Source: an uncultured cyanobacterium (GTDB taxonomy: Bacteria; Cyanobacteriota; Cyanobacteriia; Cyanobacteriales; CAWCAG01). From it: DNA of 64,000 nt. The stretch lies in contig CAWDOD010000002.1 of the NCBI GenBank assembly GCA_963803805.1, forward strand, positions 832,001 to 896,000, given 5' to 3'. A program made the translations under genes and the position numbers. The notes beneath the pieces are model-generated. The model did not search any database. It worked only from the letters and a program-made list of their open reading frames with translations, and was not told the origin of the DNA. Shown here piece by piece: positions 10,874 to 21,464 of the stretch; position 1 is the stretch's first letter; each line of letters opens with the position of its first letter.

Positions 10874-11305
10874 CTAATAATAGCGTTCCGGCTGCCTATT
10901 TCCTATTACCTTCGGTAAAGCAGCAATTATTTTTTGGTTAGCTTCTGGAAACTTGAATTGGGCAATTTCAGCTAGAGAAACCCAACGTACTTCTTGGGAA
11001 GCTAGAGGTTGGGGTTCTCCTCCTTGGTGGCGACAATGATGGACGATTAGGGAAATTTGGACTTGGGGGTAGGTGTAGTCAACGCTAATCAAATGTTCCC
11101 CTACTTCAATATCAAGGGCTAATTCTTCTTTTATTTCTCTTTTAATACATTCTTCTATTGTTTCCGACGGTTCTACCTTACCTCCCGGAAATTCCCACAA
11201 TCCCCCCAGATCAGCATCATTAGGTCTGCGGTCAATCAAAATTTCTCTTTTGTTATTGGTGATAACTGCAACACCAATACGTTTGTGGGGTAAACTTTTT
11301 TCCAT
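10874..11305 (-). CDS. mutT: 8-oxo-dGTP diphosphatase (Nudix)
   Basis: WEFPGGKVEPSETIEECIKREIKEEL Nudix box and FPEAN C-terminal motif. Confidence 0.9.
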   Translation of the reverse strand: MEKSLPHKRIGVAVITNNKREILIDRRPNDADLGGLWEFPGGKVEPSETIEECIKREIKEELALDIEVGEHLISVDYTYPQVQISLIVHHCRHQGGEPQPLASQEVRWVSLAEIAQFKFPEANQKIIAALPKVIGNRQPERYY

Positions 11306-11416
11306 GAATAATTCCTTGATGGCTTATCTTTGAAAATTCAACCTCTTAATTATTGAGGAATATTGACCAACAAGGAATAAATAGTGAACACTTCTCTCAA
11401 ATACAGTTACTAAAAA

Positions 11417-11761
11417 CTATTCTCCATCTGGAGCAACTGTTTCTACAGCTTGTAGAGATTTTTCAAATCCTAGACGCTGTTCTGCATTGCGTAGAAAATA
11501 ACCACTCATCATTGCTGAAGCTAATAAGCGTCCTAAATGTTCTCTGTTACTGACAATATTGACACTGAATTGTTCTGAAGGTAGAGAACCTAACAAACCG
11601 ACAATATTTTTTTCCATAACCCCAAACACTTCAGATGATTGAGGTTTAGAAAGTTGGGCGATCGCTTCTGGACTCAAAGACTGAACATATTTCCAAAGGC
11701 TTTCGCCGTTACTATCTTCACTGCTAAAAAATTCATGCTTGGATTGATATTCGTTGCTCAT
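11417..11761 (-). CDS. DUF760 family protein
   Basis: LWKYVQSLSPE...LLGSLPSEQF...LGRLLASAMMSGYFLRNAEQR is typical of DUF760. Confidence 0.85.
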   Translation of the reverse strand: MSNEYQSKHEFFSSEDSNGESLWKYVQSLSPEAIAQLSKPQSSEVFGVMEKNIVGLLGSLPSEQFSVNIVSNREHLGRLLASAMMSGYFLRNAEQRLGFEKSLQAVETVAPDGE

Positions 11762-11988
11762 ACTTTTTCTCCTAAAGGTTGAGTTTTAAATAGACCCCGA
11801 AGAGTTTATTTAACTCCCTAGGGTTGATATTCCGATAAGAAAGTCTTGCTAAACAATGTAACAACTTTTTTACTTATTGAGGGTCTGATTAACCGAACCA
11901 TGAACATCGGATTATGCTACTGGGCATTTTTCGGAGTGGCAGTAGAGTAAGGAATATACTTACTCTACTTTTAAGTACTTTTAGGGAT

Positions 11989-12945
11989 TTAACTAGCTAA
12001 ATACTCCCGCATTGACCCTTTGTGCTTACGTAGCTTAGAGAGTGCTTCCCTTTCAATTTGGCGTACTCTTTCGCGACTGATATTGAGAAGAGTACCAATT
12101 TTCGCTAGGGTTAAGGGCTTTTCATCCGTTAAGCCAAAGCGTAGGGTCAGTACTTCCCGTTGCTGGGGAGTCAAATCTGCCATCAAACGATCCAAATCCT
12201 GTTTTAAAGAAGATTGGTTAGCATAGTCTTCCGGAGAAGGGCCGCTATCTTCTAAAAGTTCTAGTAATTCGGTATCCTGGTTGTCACCAACCCGCAAATC
12301 TAAAGAAAGGGGTTGACGGCCTTTGGCTAGATAGTCCCGTACTTGTTTAGCAGTTAGCTCTAACTCTTCGGCTAACTCCACCGCCGTAGCCGCACGACCG
12401 AGGTTTTGAGAAAGATTTCTTTGGGCCTTTTTAATTTTGTTGAGTTTTTCGGTTATGTGGATAGGTAAGCGGATGGTGCGGCTTTTTTCAGCGATCGCTC
12501 TAGTGATGGCTTGCCGAATCCACCAGTAAGCATAGGTGGAAAAACGATAGCCTTTGCTAGGGTCAAATTTTTCGACCCCTCGCTGCATACCAATAGTTCC
12601 TTCTTGAATTAAATCCAATAAGTCAAGGTTACGCTTGATATATTTTTTGGCTACAGATACAACTAAGCGTAAATTTGCTTCCACCATTTTACGCTTGGCT
12701 GTTTCTCCAGCCTGAATTTCTGAGCGCAGTTTAGCTTCGCTTAAACCCACCGCTTCAGCCCATTGGCTAAAGGTAGGTTCTTCTTCTTGAGTTTGTTCTA
12801 GCTCGTTTTTAGCTTTCTCTAGAGCGATTAGTCTTTGTACTTGCTTAGCATAAAGAATTTCTTCTTCGTGAGTTAACAGAGGTACGCGACCAATTTCTCT
12901 TAAGTAAGTCCGCACTAAGTCCGTAGAAGTCTGGGATTTTTTCAT
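11989..12945 (-). CDS. sigD: Group 2 RNA polymerase sigma factor (SigD-like)
   Basis: [50 protein letters not shown] and SRERVRQIE, with no region 1.1. Assignment to sigD rather than another group 2 paralog is less certain. Confidence 0.8.
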   Translation of the reverse strand: MKKSQTSTDLVRTYLREIGRVPLLTHEEEILYAKQVQRLIALEKAKNELEQTQEEEPTFSQWAEAVGLSEAKLRSEIQAGETAKRKMVEANLRLVVSVAKKYIKRNLDLLDLIQEGTIGMQRGVEKFDPSKGYRFSTYAYWWIRQAITRAIAEKSRTIRLPIHITEKLNKIKKAQRNLSQNLGRAATAVELAEELELTAKQVRDYLAKGRQPLSLDLRVGDNQDTELLELLEDSGPSPEDYANQSSLKQDLDRLMADLTPQQREVLTLRFGLTDEKPLTLAKIGTLLNISRERVRQIEREALSKLRKHKGSMREYLAS

Positions 12946-13533
12946 GGTTGCTGGTTTTGGTGGGCTGATGACTAGGGATAGACAAAGGAAACCAGATGCT
13001 GAATTCTGTTTTCCAAAACAGTGGCAGAAAATAATCTGTATTATTAATGAGAAATTCGTTTATTTATATTGCAGCCAATTGATGATGGCGGTCTAGCTTA
13101 AGGAAATTAGCCATGGGTAGAAAAATAACATAAATCTAGCTAGGAATACTCGTTGCCCTTTCTTGATTTCGGAACTTGCCCTGAAGCGCTATGAGAAAAT
13201 AGCTAAAGTTCACTTAAAGGATATTTCGGATTTATTATTAAATATTGTAACATTTATGAGTCTGAAAAAAAGTTCCTTAAGCGGGATCTTAATTTTTTAA
13301 TCGTCTTCCTTTGGGAGGATTTGCTGTTAACAGCAAATACTTGGCCAATTTTAGGTACAGATGAGGCTGCCTGCCTAGGTTTTGAAACATAAGCCTGAGT
13401 GGAGTTTGAAAAAAAAGTAGTTGCCTAATCTCTATAAAGTTCAAGCATTAGATTACCCAACTTGAGCTAGAACTACTGCATTCTGGGCAACAAAATTAGC
13501 AAGAAATACTAATCTCTCAAATAGGTAATTGAT

Positions 13534-14172
13534 ATGAACCAAACTATTTGGATTGCTAGACACGGAAATCGCCTTGACTTTGTTAACCCTGATTGGTTTA
13601 ATAGCGCAGAGCGTCCTTATGATCCTCCTCTTTCTGAGGATGGATTTATCCAAGCTCAAGAATTAGGACAAAGACTAAAATCAGAAAAAATTGGCCACAT
13701 ATTTTGTTCTCCTTTCTTAAGAACAGTGCAAACGGCAGCTCCTGTAGCAGAAATTTTGGATTTACCCCTGAAACTAGAAGCGGGACTTAGTGAATGGTTA
13801 AATCCAGAATGGATGACAAGTAAACCAGAAACTCTGTCCCTACAAGTTTTGAAAAAACATTTTCCTCGTCTTGACTTGAGTTATACTTCTCGCGTAATTC
13901 CTAAATATCCGGAAACTATCGAGCAGCTAAGGGATCGCACTAGAGCAACATCCATAACCCTAGTAGAAGAGTTTAACCAGGATCTTCTTTTTGTTGGTCA
14001 CGGCGCTTCTGTCTGCGGAGCTACCACGGGTTTAACCGGAGGTAGTCCTTCTATTAATGCTAGCTTATGTTGCTTAGTTAAGCTAGTACGTCAAGCTCAA
14101 AGTTGGCATCTAGAACTTAACGGCGATACCTCCCATCTCAGTTCGACGGAATCTAGGGTTCGATTTAATTAA
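13534..14172 (+). CDS. Histidine phosphatase (phosphoglycerate mutase) family protein
   Basis: IWIARHG, DPPLS, SPFLRTVQTA and LFVGHG motifs. Confidence 0.9.
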   Translation: MNQTIWIARHGNRLDFVNPDWFNSAERPYDPPLSEDGFIQAQELGQRLKSEKIGHIFCSPFLRTVQTAAPVAEILDLPLKLEAGLSEWLNPEWMTSKPETLSLQVLKKHFPRLDLSYTSRVIPKYPETIEQLRDRTRATSITLVEEFNQDLLFVGHGASVCGATTGLTGGSPSINASLCCLVKLVRQAQSWHLELNGDTSHLSSTESRVRFN

Positions 14173-14189
14173 TTTTTAGTTATTATCAA

Positions 14190-15221
14190 ATGACCTTAAT
14201 CATAGCTGGAGATATTGGCGGGACTAAGACTATTTTGCGGTTAGTAGAGGTAAGGAGGGAGCCAGAAAACTCTTTCCACACCCTTGCTGAGGCAAGTTAT
14301 GTTAGCGCAGATTATCCTGATCTTGTACCAATAGTTAAAGAGTTTTGGGAAACTACCCAGAAACACAAGCTACCCCAAAAGGCCTGTTTTGCTATTGCTG
14401 GTCCGGTTTTAAACAATACTTCTAATTTGACTAACCTTGATTGGTATCTTGATAGTCAAAGGTTAGCTCAGGATTTAGGAATTGAGTCTGTAACTTTAAT
14501 GAATGATTTTGCAGCAGTTAGTTATGGCATTTTGGGTTTAGATTCAGGGGATATTAAAACCCTACAATCAGGAAATCTTCAAGAAAATGCACCCATTGGC
14601 ATTATCGGTGCAGGTACAGGGTTAGGAGAAGCTTTTTTGATTCCCACAAGTTTGGGACATCAAATTTTTCCGACAGAAGGAGGACATACAGATTTTGCCC
14701 CTCGTTCCCTATTGGAATTCCAATTATTAAGTTATCTGCAAGAAAAATATGATGTTGAACGGGTATCTGTGGAGCGAGTAGTATCAGGTCAAGGAATTGT
14801 GGCTATTTATCAGTTTCTTCGTGATCAAAGATTTACTTCTGAAGCACCGGAAATAGCAAGAGTAATTCAGGCTTGGGAACAGGGTGAAAAGTTACCTAAA
14901 AATCAAGATGCGGCTGCAACTATTGCTATTGCTGCTATGAAAAAAAGCGATTCCCTATGCGAAAAAACTATGGCTATGTTTGTTTCTGCCTATGGTGCAG
15001 AAGCTGGCAACCTCGCCCTGAAACTTCTTCCCTACGGGGGAATTTATATTGCCGGGGGTATTGCTGCTAAGATTATGCCTTTGATGGAGTCAAGTCTTTT
15101 CTTGGAAGCTTTTAAACACAAAGGGAGAGTAAGTGCTGCTATTGAGCAAGTTCCCGTACATATAGTTCTTAATCCCCAAGTAGGTTTGTTGGGTTCAATT
15201 TCTTACGCCCTTGCTTGTTGA
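14190..15221 (+). CDS. glk: Glucokinase
   Basis: AGDIGGTKT, MNDFAA, GAGTGLG, EGGH, ERVVSGQG and GGIYIAGGIA motifs. Confidence 0.95.
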   Translation: MTLIIAGDIGGTKTILRLVEVRREPENSFHTLAEASYVSADYPDLVPIVKEFWETTQKHKLPQKACFAIAGPVLNNTSNLTNLDWYLDSQRLAQDLGIESVTLMNDFAAVSYGILGLDSGDIKTLQSGNLQENAPIGIIGAGTGLGEAFLIPTSLGHQIFPTEGGHTDFAPRSLLEFQLLSYLQEKYDVERVSVERVVSGQGIVAIYQFLRDQRFTSEAPEIARVIQAWEQGEKLPKNQDAAATIAIAAMKKSDSLCEKTMAMFVSAYGAEAGNLALKLLPYGGIYIAGGIAAKIMPLMESSLFLEAFKHKGRVSAAIEQVPVHIVLNPQVGLLGSISYALAC

Positions 15222-15325
15222 AGGAGAGAGGGAGACGGGGAGATGACTGGCTGTCAGACTCTTACAATGATCACTGTAGGGCTTGCCCTTGTCGTAGACA
15301 TCATGGAAAACTGATAACTGAAAAA

Positions 15326-16090
15326 ATGGCTGGTCATAGTAAATGGGCTAATATTAAGCGCCAAAAAGCGAGGGTAGATGCGAAAAAGGGTAAAACTTTT
15401 ACTCAGCTATCCAGGGCAATTATTGTAGCAGCACGTAATGGCGTACCAGATCCAGAGGGCAATTTCCAACTGCGTACTGCTATTGAGAAAGCAAAGGCGG
15501 CAGGAATACCCAATGATAATATTAATCGCGCCATTGCTAAAGGGGCAGGAACCTGGGGTAGCGACGAAGATAAGTTAGAAGAAATTCGCTATGAAGGTTA
15601 TGGTGCTGGGGGGGTAGCTATACTTATTGAAGCTTTGAGCGATAATCGTAACCGTACTGCTGCTGATTTGAGGGCTGCTTTTAGTAAAAATGGGGGAAAT
15701 TTGGGGGAGACAGGTTGTGTTAGTTGGATGTTTGAACAGAAAGGGGTTGTTTGTTTAGAAGGGAAGTTTAGCGAAGAGAAGTTATTAGAAGCTTCTTTGG
15801 AAGGTGGGGGAGAAACCTATGAATTCTTTGAGGAAGAAGGAATTCAATGTGCAGAAGTTATCAGTTCAGTAGTGAATTTGGAAGATTTGCATCAAGCCCT
15901 CAAAGCCGAAGACTTACCGGTTACGGAGGTAGAGTTACGCTGGATACCTAGTAATACTATTGAAGTTAGGGATCTTGACCAAGCTAAGTTTTTACTGAAG
16001 ATGATTGAAGCTTTAGAGGCTTTAGATGATGTACAGAATGTAACTGCCAACTTTACAATGGCTGAGGATTTGCTTTCAGCAGAGGTATAA
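15326..16090 (+). CDS. yebC: YebC/PmpR family protein
   Basis: Canonical start MAGHSKWANIK at ATG 15326, plus YEGYGAGG and DNRNRT motifs. The supplied ORF is over-extended at the 5' end. Confidence 0.95.
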   Translation: MAGHSKWANIKRQKARVDAKKGKTFTQLSRAIIVAARNGVPDPEGNFQLRTAIEKAKAAGIPNDNINRAIAKGAGTWGSDEDKLEEIRYEGYGAGGVAILIEALSDNRNRTAADLRAAFSKNGGNLGETGCVSWMFEQKGVVCLEGKFSEEKLLEASLEGGGETYEFFEEEGIQCAEVISSVVNLEDLHQALKAEDLPVTEVELRWIPSNTIEVRDLDQAKFLLKMIEALEALDDVQNVTANFTMAEDLLSAEV

Positions 16091-16093
16091 AAT

Positions 16094-16651
16094 ATGAATA
16101 CGAAAGAATTTCAACAGTTCTTCAATAGCTGTGTTGGCAAGTGGCAAGCAGAACGCACTTACCATTATTTAACTCATCAGGAAGTAGAAAGATCCCGTAC
16201 AGAATTTGTGGTTAAGCCCTTGAATTCGGAAGGCAAGAATAAAGTTTTAACTGATAACGAATATACCTATAGTTCTGAGTTGGAAAATTTGCCAGGTTTT
16301 AATTTAAGTTTCTACACTATTTCCGAGAAAGGCGAAGAGGTGAGTCAGGAGTTAAATTTGTTGTTTGTCCCTAAAGTTGAAAAAGCAGGGATCTTAGAGG
16401 GAGATTATTTACGCGATCGCGCCTACGAAGAAGCTAGACCAATTATTTCTCATTTTAGCTTCAATCCAATAACTAAAGAGTTATTGATGACGACTAATTA
16501 TACTCGCGTTGTTTCAGTGGATTCAATTATTTTAGTTAATCGTGATCTTCGCCTGAGAAAAATTGTTAACTACCAGCGTCCTTTAGAAGGAAAAGTTTTA
16601 GATAAGGTTATGTTAGTGGGATTTGGCTTAGAACAAAAGTTAGCAGTGTAA
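16094..16651 (+). CDS. CpcS/CpeS-family phycobiliprotein lyase-like protein
   Basis: FFNSCVGKWQAERTYHYL N-terminus and YLRDRAYEE are characteristic of S/U-type lyases. Confidence 0.8.
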   Translation: MNTKEFQQFFNSCVGKWQAERTYHYLTHQEVERSRTEFVVKPLNSEGKNKVLTDNEYTYSSELENLPGFNLSFYTISEKGEEVSQELNLLFVPKVEKAGILEGDYLRDRAYEEARPIISHFSFNPITKELLMTTNYTRVVSVDSIILVNRDLRLRKIVNYQRPLEGKVLDKVMLVGFGLEQKLAV

Positions 16652-16666
16652 AAATCCTCAGTAGTT

Positions 16667-17551
16667 ATGAAAACCAAGTTCAAAAACAGGTTAAAAGCAG
16701 CCGTTAAATCTTTCCTTAACCCAGTTGTACCTCCCAAAATAGTCATTCAAAAACAAGTGCCAGAACCTTTAGAGGTAATGGAAAATCAGCTTTTGAATGG
16801 CAAAAATGTTTTGATTGTGGGGGTTGGGAAAAATATCGGTAGAAGTATTGCTTTGGAAATGGCCAAACAAGGTGCAAATATTTTTTTTGCTGATATTGCC
16901 CAAGAAACCTGTAGGAGCTTAGAACAAGAATTAAAACCTTCTGGTGTAATAGCAAAAGGATTCCATTTGGATGTTTCAAAACCCAAGGAAATTGATTCTT
17001 TAGTTAGTTGGTTGGGAGAACATCAAACTAAAATTGATATTTTAATTAATAATGTCGGGATTCAGTTTGAGACAGTGGGGTTGAAAAACCTTGAACCAAA
17101 AGAATGGAATCAAACATTTAATACTAATGTTTTTGGCCCTGCTTATTTAACGAAATTGATCTCCGAAAAGATGATCAAAGAACAGATTCAAGGTTCTATC
17201 ATTTTTATGACTTCTATGTATCAATGGGACGTAGTACGTTGGCCTAGTTACAGTAGCTCAAAAGCTGCCTTGGGAATGTTAATTAAAGAGTTGGCAGTAG
17301 AATTGGCCCCGAAAGGGATTAGAGTCAATGGTATTGCGCCAGGTTGGGTTGCAGAAGATCAACAAGGAAACCCTTTATATCACGAATATACTCTCCTCCA
17401 TCAAAGTTCAATTAATCCTAGCTATATTGGTCGAGGGGTTGTGTATTTAGCTTCAGATTATTTTTCCATGTTTACCACAGGAACAGTTCTTAAAATTGAT
17501 GCTGGAGTGTCATTATATAATTCTCGTGTTATACAAAATCCGCCTCAGTAG
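16667..17551 (+). CDS. Short-chain dehydrogenase/reductase
   Basis: GVGKNIG Rossmann variant, DILINNVG, catalytic YSSSK and GIRVNGIAPG. Confidence 0.9.
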   Translation: MKTKFKNRLKAAVKSFLNPVVPPKIVIQKQVPEPLEVMENQLLNGKNVLIVGVGKNIGRSIALEMAKQGANIFFADIAQETCRSLEQELKPSGVIAKGFHLDVSKPKEIDSLVSWLGEHQTKIDILINNVGIQFETVGLKNLEPKEWNQTFNTNVFGPAYLTKLISEKMIKEQIQGSIIFMTSMYQWDVVRWPSYSSSKAALGMLIKELAVELAPKGIRVNGIAPGWVAEDQQGNPLYHEYTLLHQSSINPSYIGRGVVYLASDYFSMFTTGTVLKIDAGVSLYNSRVIQNPPQ

Positions 17552-17627
17552 AAAGAAATTTTTGGGTAGCTTTCTGTTATTAGCTTTGGGCTTTTGGCTA
17601 CATTATTGTACTAACCATCAAAGACAA

Positions 17628-18560
17628 ATGACTCGAATTAAAACTTGGCTAAAAAAACAGTTCGAGAATCGATTTGTTGCTAATCCTTTCCAGGAAAAGT
17701 CTCAAGGTTTTACTAATCTTTTCCCTCAAAAACCTAAAATAGAGCGTATAGCAACAGGGTTTCAATTTACAGAAGGCCCTGTCTGGTTTGCGGAACAAGA
17801 GTATCTTTTATTTAGCGATATTCCAGCTAATAAAATCTATAAATTAAGTTGTGATCACAACTTAACAATTTTCCGAGAATCTAGCAACCATGCCAACGGA
17901 TTAACCAGAGATAAACAAGGCAGACTGATTACTTGCGAACATGAAACCCGTCAAATTACTCGCACTGAAAAAGATGGTTCTATTACTGTATTAGTAGATA
18001 GATTCCAAAGCAAAAAACTCAATAGTCCTAATGATGTTGTAGTCAAAAGCGACGGTTTTATTTATTTCACAGATCCACCTTATGGAATTGAATTAAAACA
18101 ACAAGAACAACCTATCCAGGGTGTTTATCGACTTTCTCCTGATGGCAAGGAAATTATCCTCGTTGCCGCTGATTTTGCTAAACCTAATGGCTTAGCTTTT
18201 TCCCCAGATGAGAAACAGCTTTACATTAATGATTCAGAACATCATCACCTAAGAATATTCGATGTTCAATCTGATGGTAATCTTACTAATAGCCATGTTT
18301 TTTATGACATGAAAACCGACAAGGAAGGTTTACCGGATGGGATGAAAGTAGATATAGAAGGACATATTTATTGTACGGGGGGAGGTGGAATCTGGGTTTT
18401 CGATTCAGTCGGTAATCATTTAGGAACTATTGTCACCCCAGAAATAGCGGCAAATTGTGCTTGGGGAGATCAAGATTTGCGGAGTCTTTATATTACTGCC
18501 CGAACTTCACTCTACAGAATTCGAGTCAATATTCCAGGTGTTCCTAATTTTTTAAAATAG
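17628..18560 (+). CDS. SMP-30/gluconolactonase/LRE family protein (start could be 17499)
   Basis: FTEGPVW, LFSDIP, NSPNDVV, YFTDPPYG, PNGLAFSPDE and PDGMKVD motifs. Confidence 0.9.
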   Translation: MTRIKTWLKKQFENRFVANPFQEKSQGFTNLFPQKPKIERIATGFQFTEGPVWFAEQEYLLFSDIPANKIYKLSCDHNLTIFRESSNHANGLTRDKQGRLITCEHETRQITRTEKDGSITVLVDRFQSKKLNSPNDVVVKSDGFIYFTDPPYGIELKQQEQPIQGVYRLSPDGKEIILVAADFAKPNGLAFSPDEKQLYINDSEHHHLRIFDVQSDGNLTNSHVFYDMKTDKEGLPDGMKVDIEGHIYCTGGGGIWVFDSVGNHLGTIVTPEIAANCAWGDQDLRSLYITARTSLYRIRVNIPGVPNFLK

Positions 18561-18565
18561 ACTTA

Positions 18566-19570
18566 ATGTTCAACTATATTCTTAAACGTTCCCTTAGTTT
18601 GATTCCGGTAATTTTAGGTATTACCCTTTTAGTATTTTGCTTACTTCACCTCATCCCTGGTGATCCGGCAACGGTTTTGTTAGGAGAAAGGGCAACTCCT
18701 GAAGGTTTAGTAGCTTTAAGGGAACAATTAGGCTTAAATGACCCTTTGCCTCAACAATATCTTACTTTTTTAGGTCAGTTAATTACCTTAAAATTAGGTA
18801 CAAGTATTATTAGCGGTATTCCCATTACAGAAGAAATTGCTAGTCGGTTTCCTGCTACTTTTGAACTTTCCTTTGCAGCCATTTCCGTAGCGATTATTGT
18901 GGGTATTCCTTTAGGAATTGTTGCCGCCATTGACAAGGATAGTTGGTGGGATAATTTAGCGATGAGTGGCTCATTAGTTGGGGTATCGATGCCAGTTTAT
19001 TGGTTAGGTTTACTATTGATTTATTTATTTGCAGTTAACTTACAATGGCTTCCTCCTAGCGGCAGAATTAGCACCACCCAAAGCTTCAATTTTCAACCTA
19101 TTACCCAGTTTTATCTTTTAGATGCTTTAATTCAAATGAATTTACCAGCTTTAGGAGATATTTTAGCCCACTTAATTCTCCCGGCTTTAGCATTAGGAAC
19201 AATTCCTTTAGCCATACTTGCTAGAATAACTCGTTCGGCGATGTTAGAAGTTATTTCTCAAGATTATATTCGCACTGCTAGGGCAAAAGGAGTTAAGGAA
19301 ATTTGGATTATTTTACGCCATGCCCTCAAAAATGCTTTTTTACCGATTAGTACGATTATTGGTTTGCAATTCGGTACTCTATTAGGAGGGGCAATTCTGA
19401 CAGAAACAATCTTTTCTTGGCCGGGAATTGGTACTTGGATTTATGAAGGAATCCTCGCTAGAGATTATCCTGTAGTGCAAGGTGGTGTCGTTTTTATTGC
19501 GATCGCTTTTGTGACTATTAATCTTTTAGTAGATATTTCCTACGCCTTTTTTGATCCGAGAATTCAATGA
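18566..19570 (+). CDS. dppB: Peptide ABC transporter permease (DppB/OppB family)
   Basis: IPGDPA, LGLNDPLPQQY, DYIRTARAKG EAA loop, HALKNA and RDYPVVQG. Confidence 0.9.
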   Translation: MFNYILKRSLSLIPVILGITLLVFCLLHLIPGDPATVLLGERATPEGLVALREQLGLNDPLPQQYLTFLGQLITLKLGTSIISGIPITEEIASRFPATFELSFAAISVAIIVGIPLGIVAAIDKDSWWDNLAMSGSLVGVSMPVYWLGLLLIYLFAVNLQWLPPSGRISTTQSFNFQPITQFYLLDALIQMNLPALGDILAHLILPALALGTIPLAILARITRSAMLEVISQDYIRTARAKGVKEIWIILRHALKNAFLPISTIIGLQFGTLLGGAILTETIFSWPGIGTWIYEGILARDYPVVQGGVVFIAIAFVTINLLVDISYAFFDPRIQ

Positions 19571-20142
19571 AGACGAAGTAATAGCTAATAGCCATTTTTA
19601 TAAATTACTTTATAAGTAGTCTAAATAACTTTAGCTGACTATAAACCACTTATCTTGTCAAGAAAATTATGATTATAAAAATTGTAATTAACTTATTTAT
19701 AATGTAGCGAAATGTAACTTAGTATGAAAACTAAGGACAAGAATGAAAAGTATGATGATCGCCTATAAAAATGAATTTCCCATTTTTGATAAAGAAAGTA
19801 ATCTCCAAATCAAAACGAGAACGGAAATAAAAGACTTTATGAAAAGAGGATAAATGTCCACACTTGCAAAGCATTCCCTGCTGTTGCAGCCATTCCAAAA
19901 TGATTGTATCGGACAGTCCGGCAAATCTTTGTTCAATTGCGTAGGCTTGGGAGCGAAGATCAATTAGAGGAAAGGTTAATACTCAATACTTCATTGTTTC
20001 TAGTTGTTTTCTGGAGAAGCCTATTTTTGAGTAAAAGTTTGTTACCTGATTTTTATGATCGGATTAGGAGTTTTACGTTAACCTGACTAGGTTAGGGAGA
20101 ATTCGAGAGATGATTTCCTAAGATTGCTTTGAGCAAAACTAT

Positions 20143-20499
20143 GTGCTATTAGCTAGGGATATCACTAGGTTAATAAGGTATTTAAGTATGTCAGGGGAAA
20201 AACCGGGCAAAACACAGACTGAAGATAATATCATCTTACCGCCGGAAACATCTCTAGGAAAAGTGCCAACCAGAGAAAATTCTGATTTAGTTATTACGGT
20301 AGAAAAAATTAGTAAAATCATTTCTCCCTATTTTGTAGCCCTCTTGGGCTTATATCTCTATCGAGACAATGGTTTATTTGGTACTATTCTGATCACTATT
20401 GGTATGATTACTTTACTCAAAATCTCTTCTCAAGATGTCATTAGTTTTGTGGTAAGAGTAAGAAATATTTTAGGATTAAATGAAAAAACAAATTCTTAA
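20143..20499 (+). CDS. Small two-TM hypothetical membrane protein (start may be ATG 20188)
   Basis: ORF with two hydrophobic segments, directly upstream of the ferredoxin. Confidence 0.6.
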   Translation: MLLARDITRLIRYLSMSGEKPGKTQTEDNIILPPETSLGKVPTRENSDLVITVEKISKIISPYFVALLGLYLYRDNGLFGTILITIGMITLLKISSQDVISFVVRVRNILGLNEKTNS

Positions 20500-20526
20500 A
20501 GCTAAATAAGATTTCAAGAAGTACTA

Positions 20527-20844
20527 ATGCCAGTTTATAAAGTTCGCTTAATCAATAAAAAACTCAATCTTGACCATACCATCGAAGTTCCCCCAGACCA
20601 GTATATATTTGATATTGCTGATGAACTTGGCATCAGCTTACCTTCTGGATGCTTGCAGGGGGAATGTTCTGCTTGTTTAGCTAAAGTTATTAGTGGTAAA
20701 GTAGATCAAAAAGAGCAGAACTTCCTTAAACCAGAAGAAATTAAAGCTGGTTATACAGTAACTTGCGTTGCCTATCCTCAATCTGATTGTGTTTTAGAAA
20801 CTCATCAAGAACAAGTATTATACAAATCGTCTCTTTATTATTGA
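20527..20844 (+). CDS. Plant-type 2Fe-2S ferredoxin paralog
   Basis: LPSGCLQGECSAC...VTCVAYPQSDC (CX4CX2C...C). Confidence 0.92.
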   Translation: MPVYKVRLINKKLNLDHTIEVPPDQYIFDIADELGISLPSGCLQGECSACLAKVISGKVDQKEQNFLKPEEIKAGYTVTCVAYPQSDCVLETHQEQVLYKSSLYY

Positions 20845-20852
20845 AATAATTA

Positions 20853-21275
20853 ATGCCTACTAATCAAACACCTCATTTAACCATAAAAGAAGCAAAAGAA
20901 ATCCTCGATTTTTACAGTTGTACTCAAACAAAAACTGTCAATACAACGAAAGAAAAAGAGCTATTACAGCAAGCAATTTTACTGATTACAGAACAGTCAG
21001 AATCTGAAAACTTAGGTATTTGCGCCAATAATTCACAACAAGCTATGGTTGCTTTATCAAGCTATCTCAAAGCATTAGGTTATGCTTCTCTAATAGAATC
21101 TCTTTCTCTTCCCCCCATAGAACTGCCAGTTTATATTAAATTTAATACTCAAAAAATGTCCCATTTCCTCGATTCTTATAGCGGAGACTACCGGGGAGTA
21201 CTAATTTCTTGCCAAGCTGAGGATGAAGAAATTAATGGAACCTACGGTCATTTTCCCTTAGATTTATTTATTTGA
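20853..21275 (+). CDS. DUF1824 family protein
   Basis: NLGICA...VYIKFN...YRGVLISCQ...GTYGHFPLDLF motifs. Confidence 0.85.
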   Translation: MPTNQTPHLTIKEAKEILDFYSCTQTKTVNTTKEKELLQQAILLITEQSESENLGICANNSQQAMVALSSYLKALGYASLIESLSLPPIELPVYIKFNTQKMSHFLDSYSGDYRGVLISCQAEDEEINGTYGHFPLDLFI

Positions 21276-21464
21276 TTCCCTAGCAATCTCACTTTAAATC
21301 TGCTACAATTGCCCAGGGTTTATCAAAAAAAATTGAATAACTTAATGATCCCAACAATGAAACAGTAGTAATGCAAATATCAGTTATTTAGACTTGATTG
21401 TAACCTGTTCTTTGCTATATAAACCTCGCCAAGCTCTCAACAGCTAACGAATTATTAAACCCTA

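Noticed and set aside
15215-15325. N-terminal extension of yebC (and similarly of chlP, ndhK, cimA and ddl)
   Set aside because: The conserved N-termini start downstream. The extensions come from upstream alternative start codons picked by the ORF finder.
19860-19970. GGCAAA-containing stretch as a c-di-GMP riboswitch
   Set aside because: It lacks the GAAA tetraloop stem and the GACGCAAAG-type downstream consensus.
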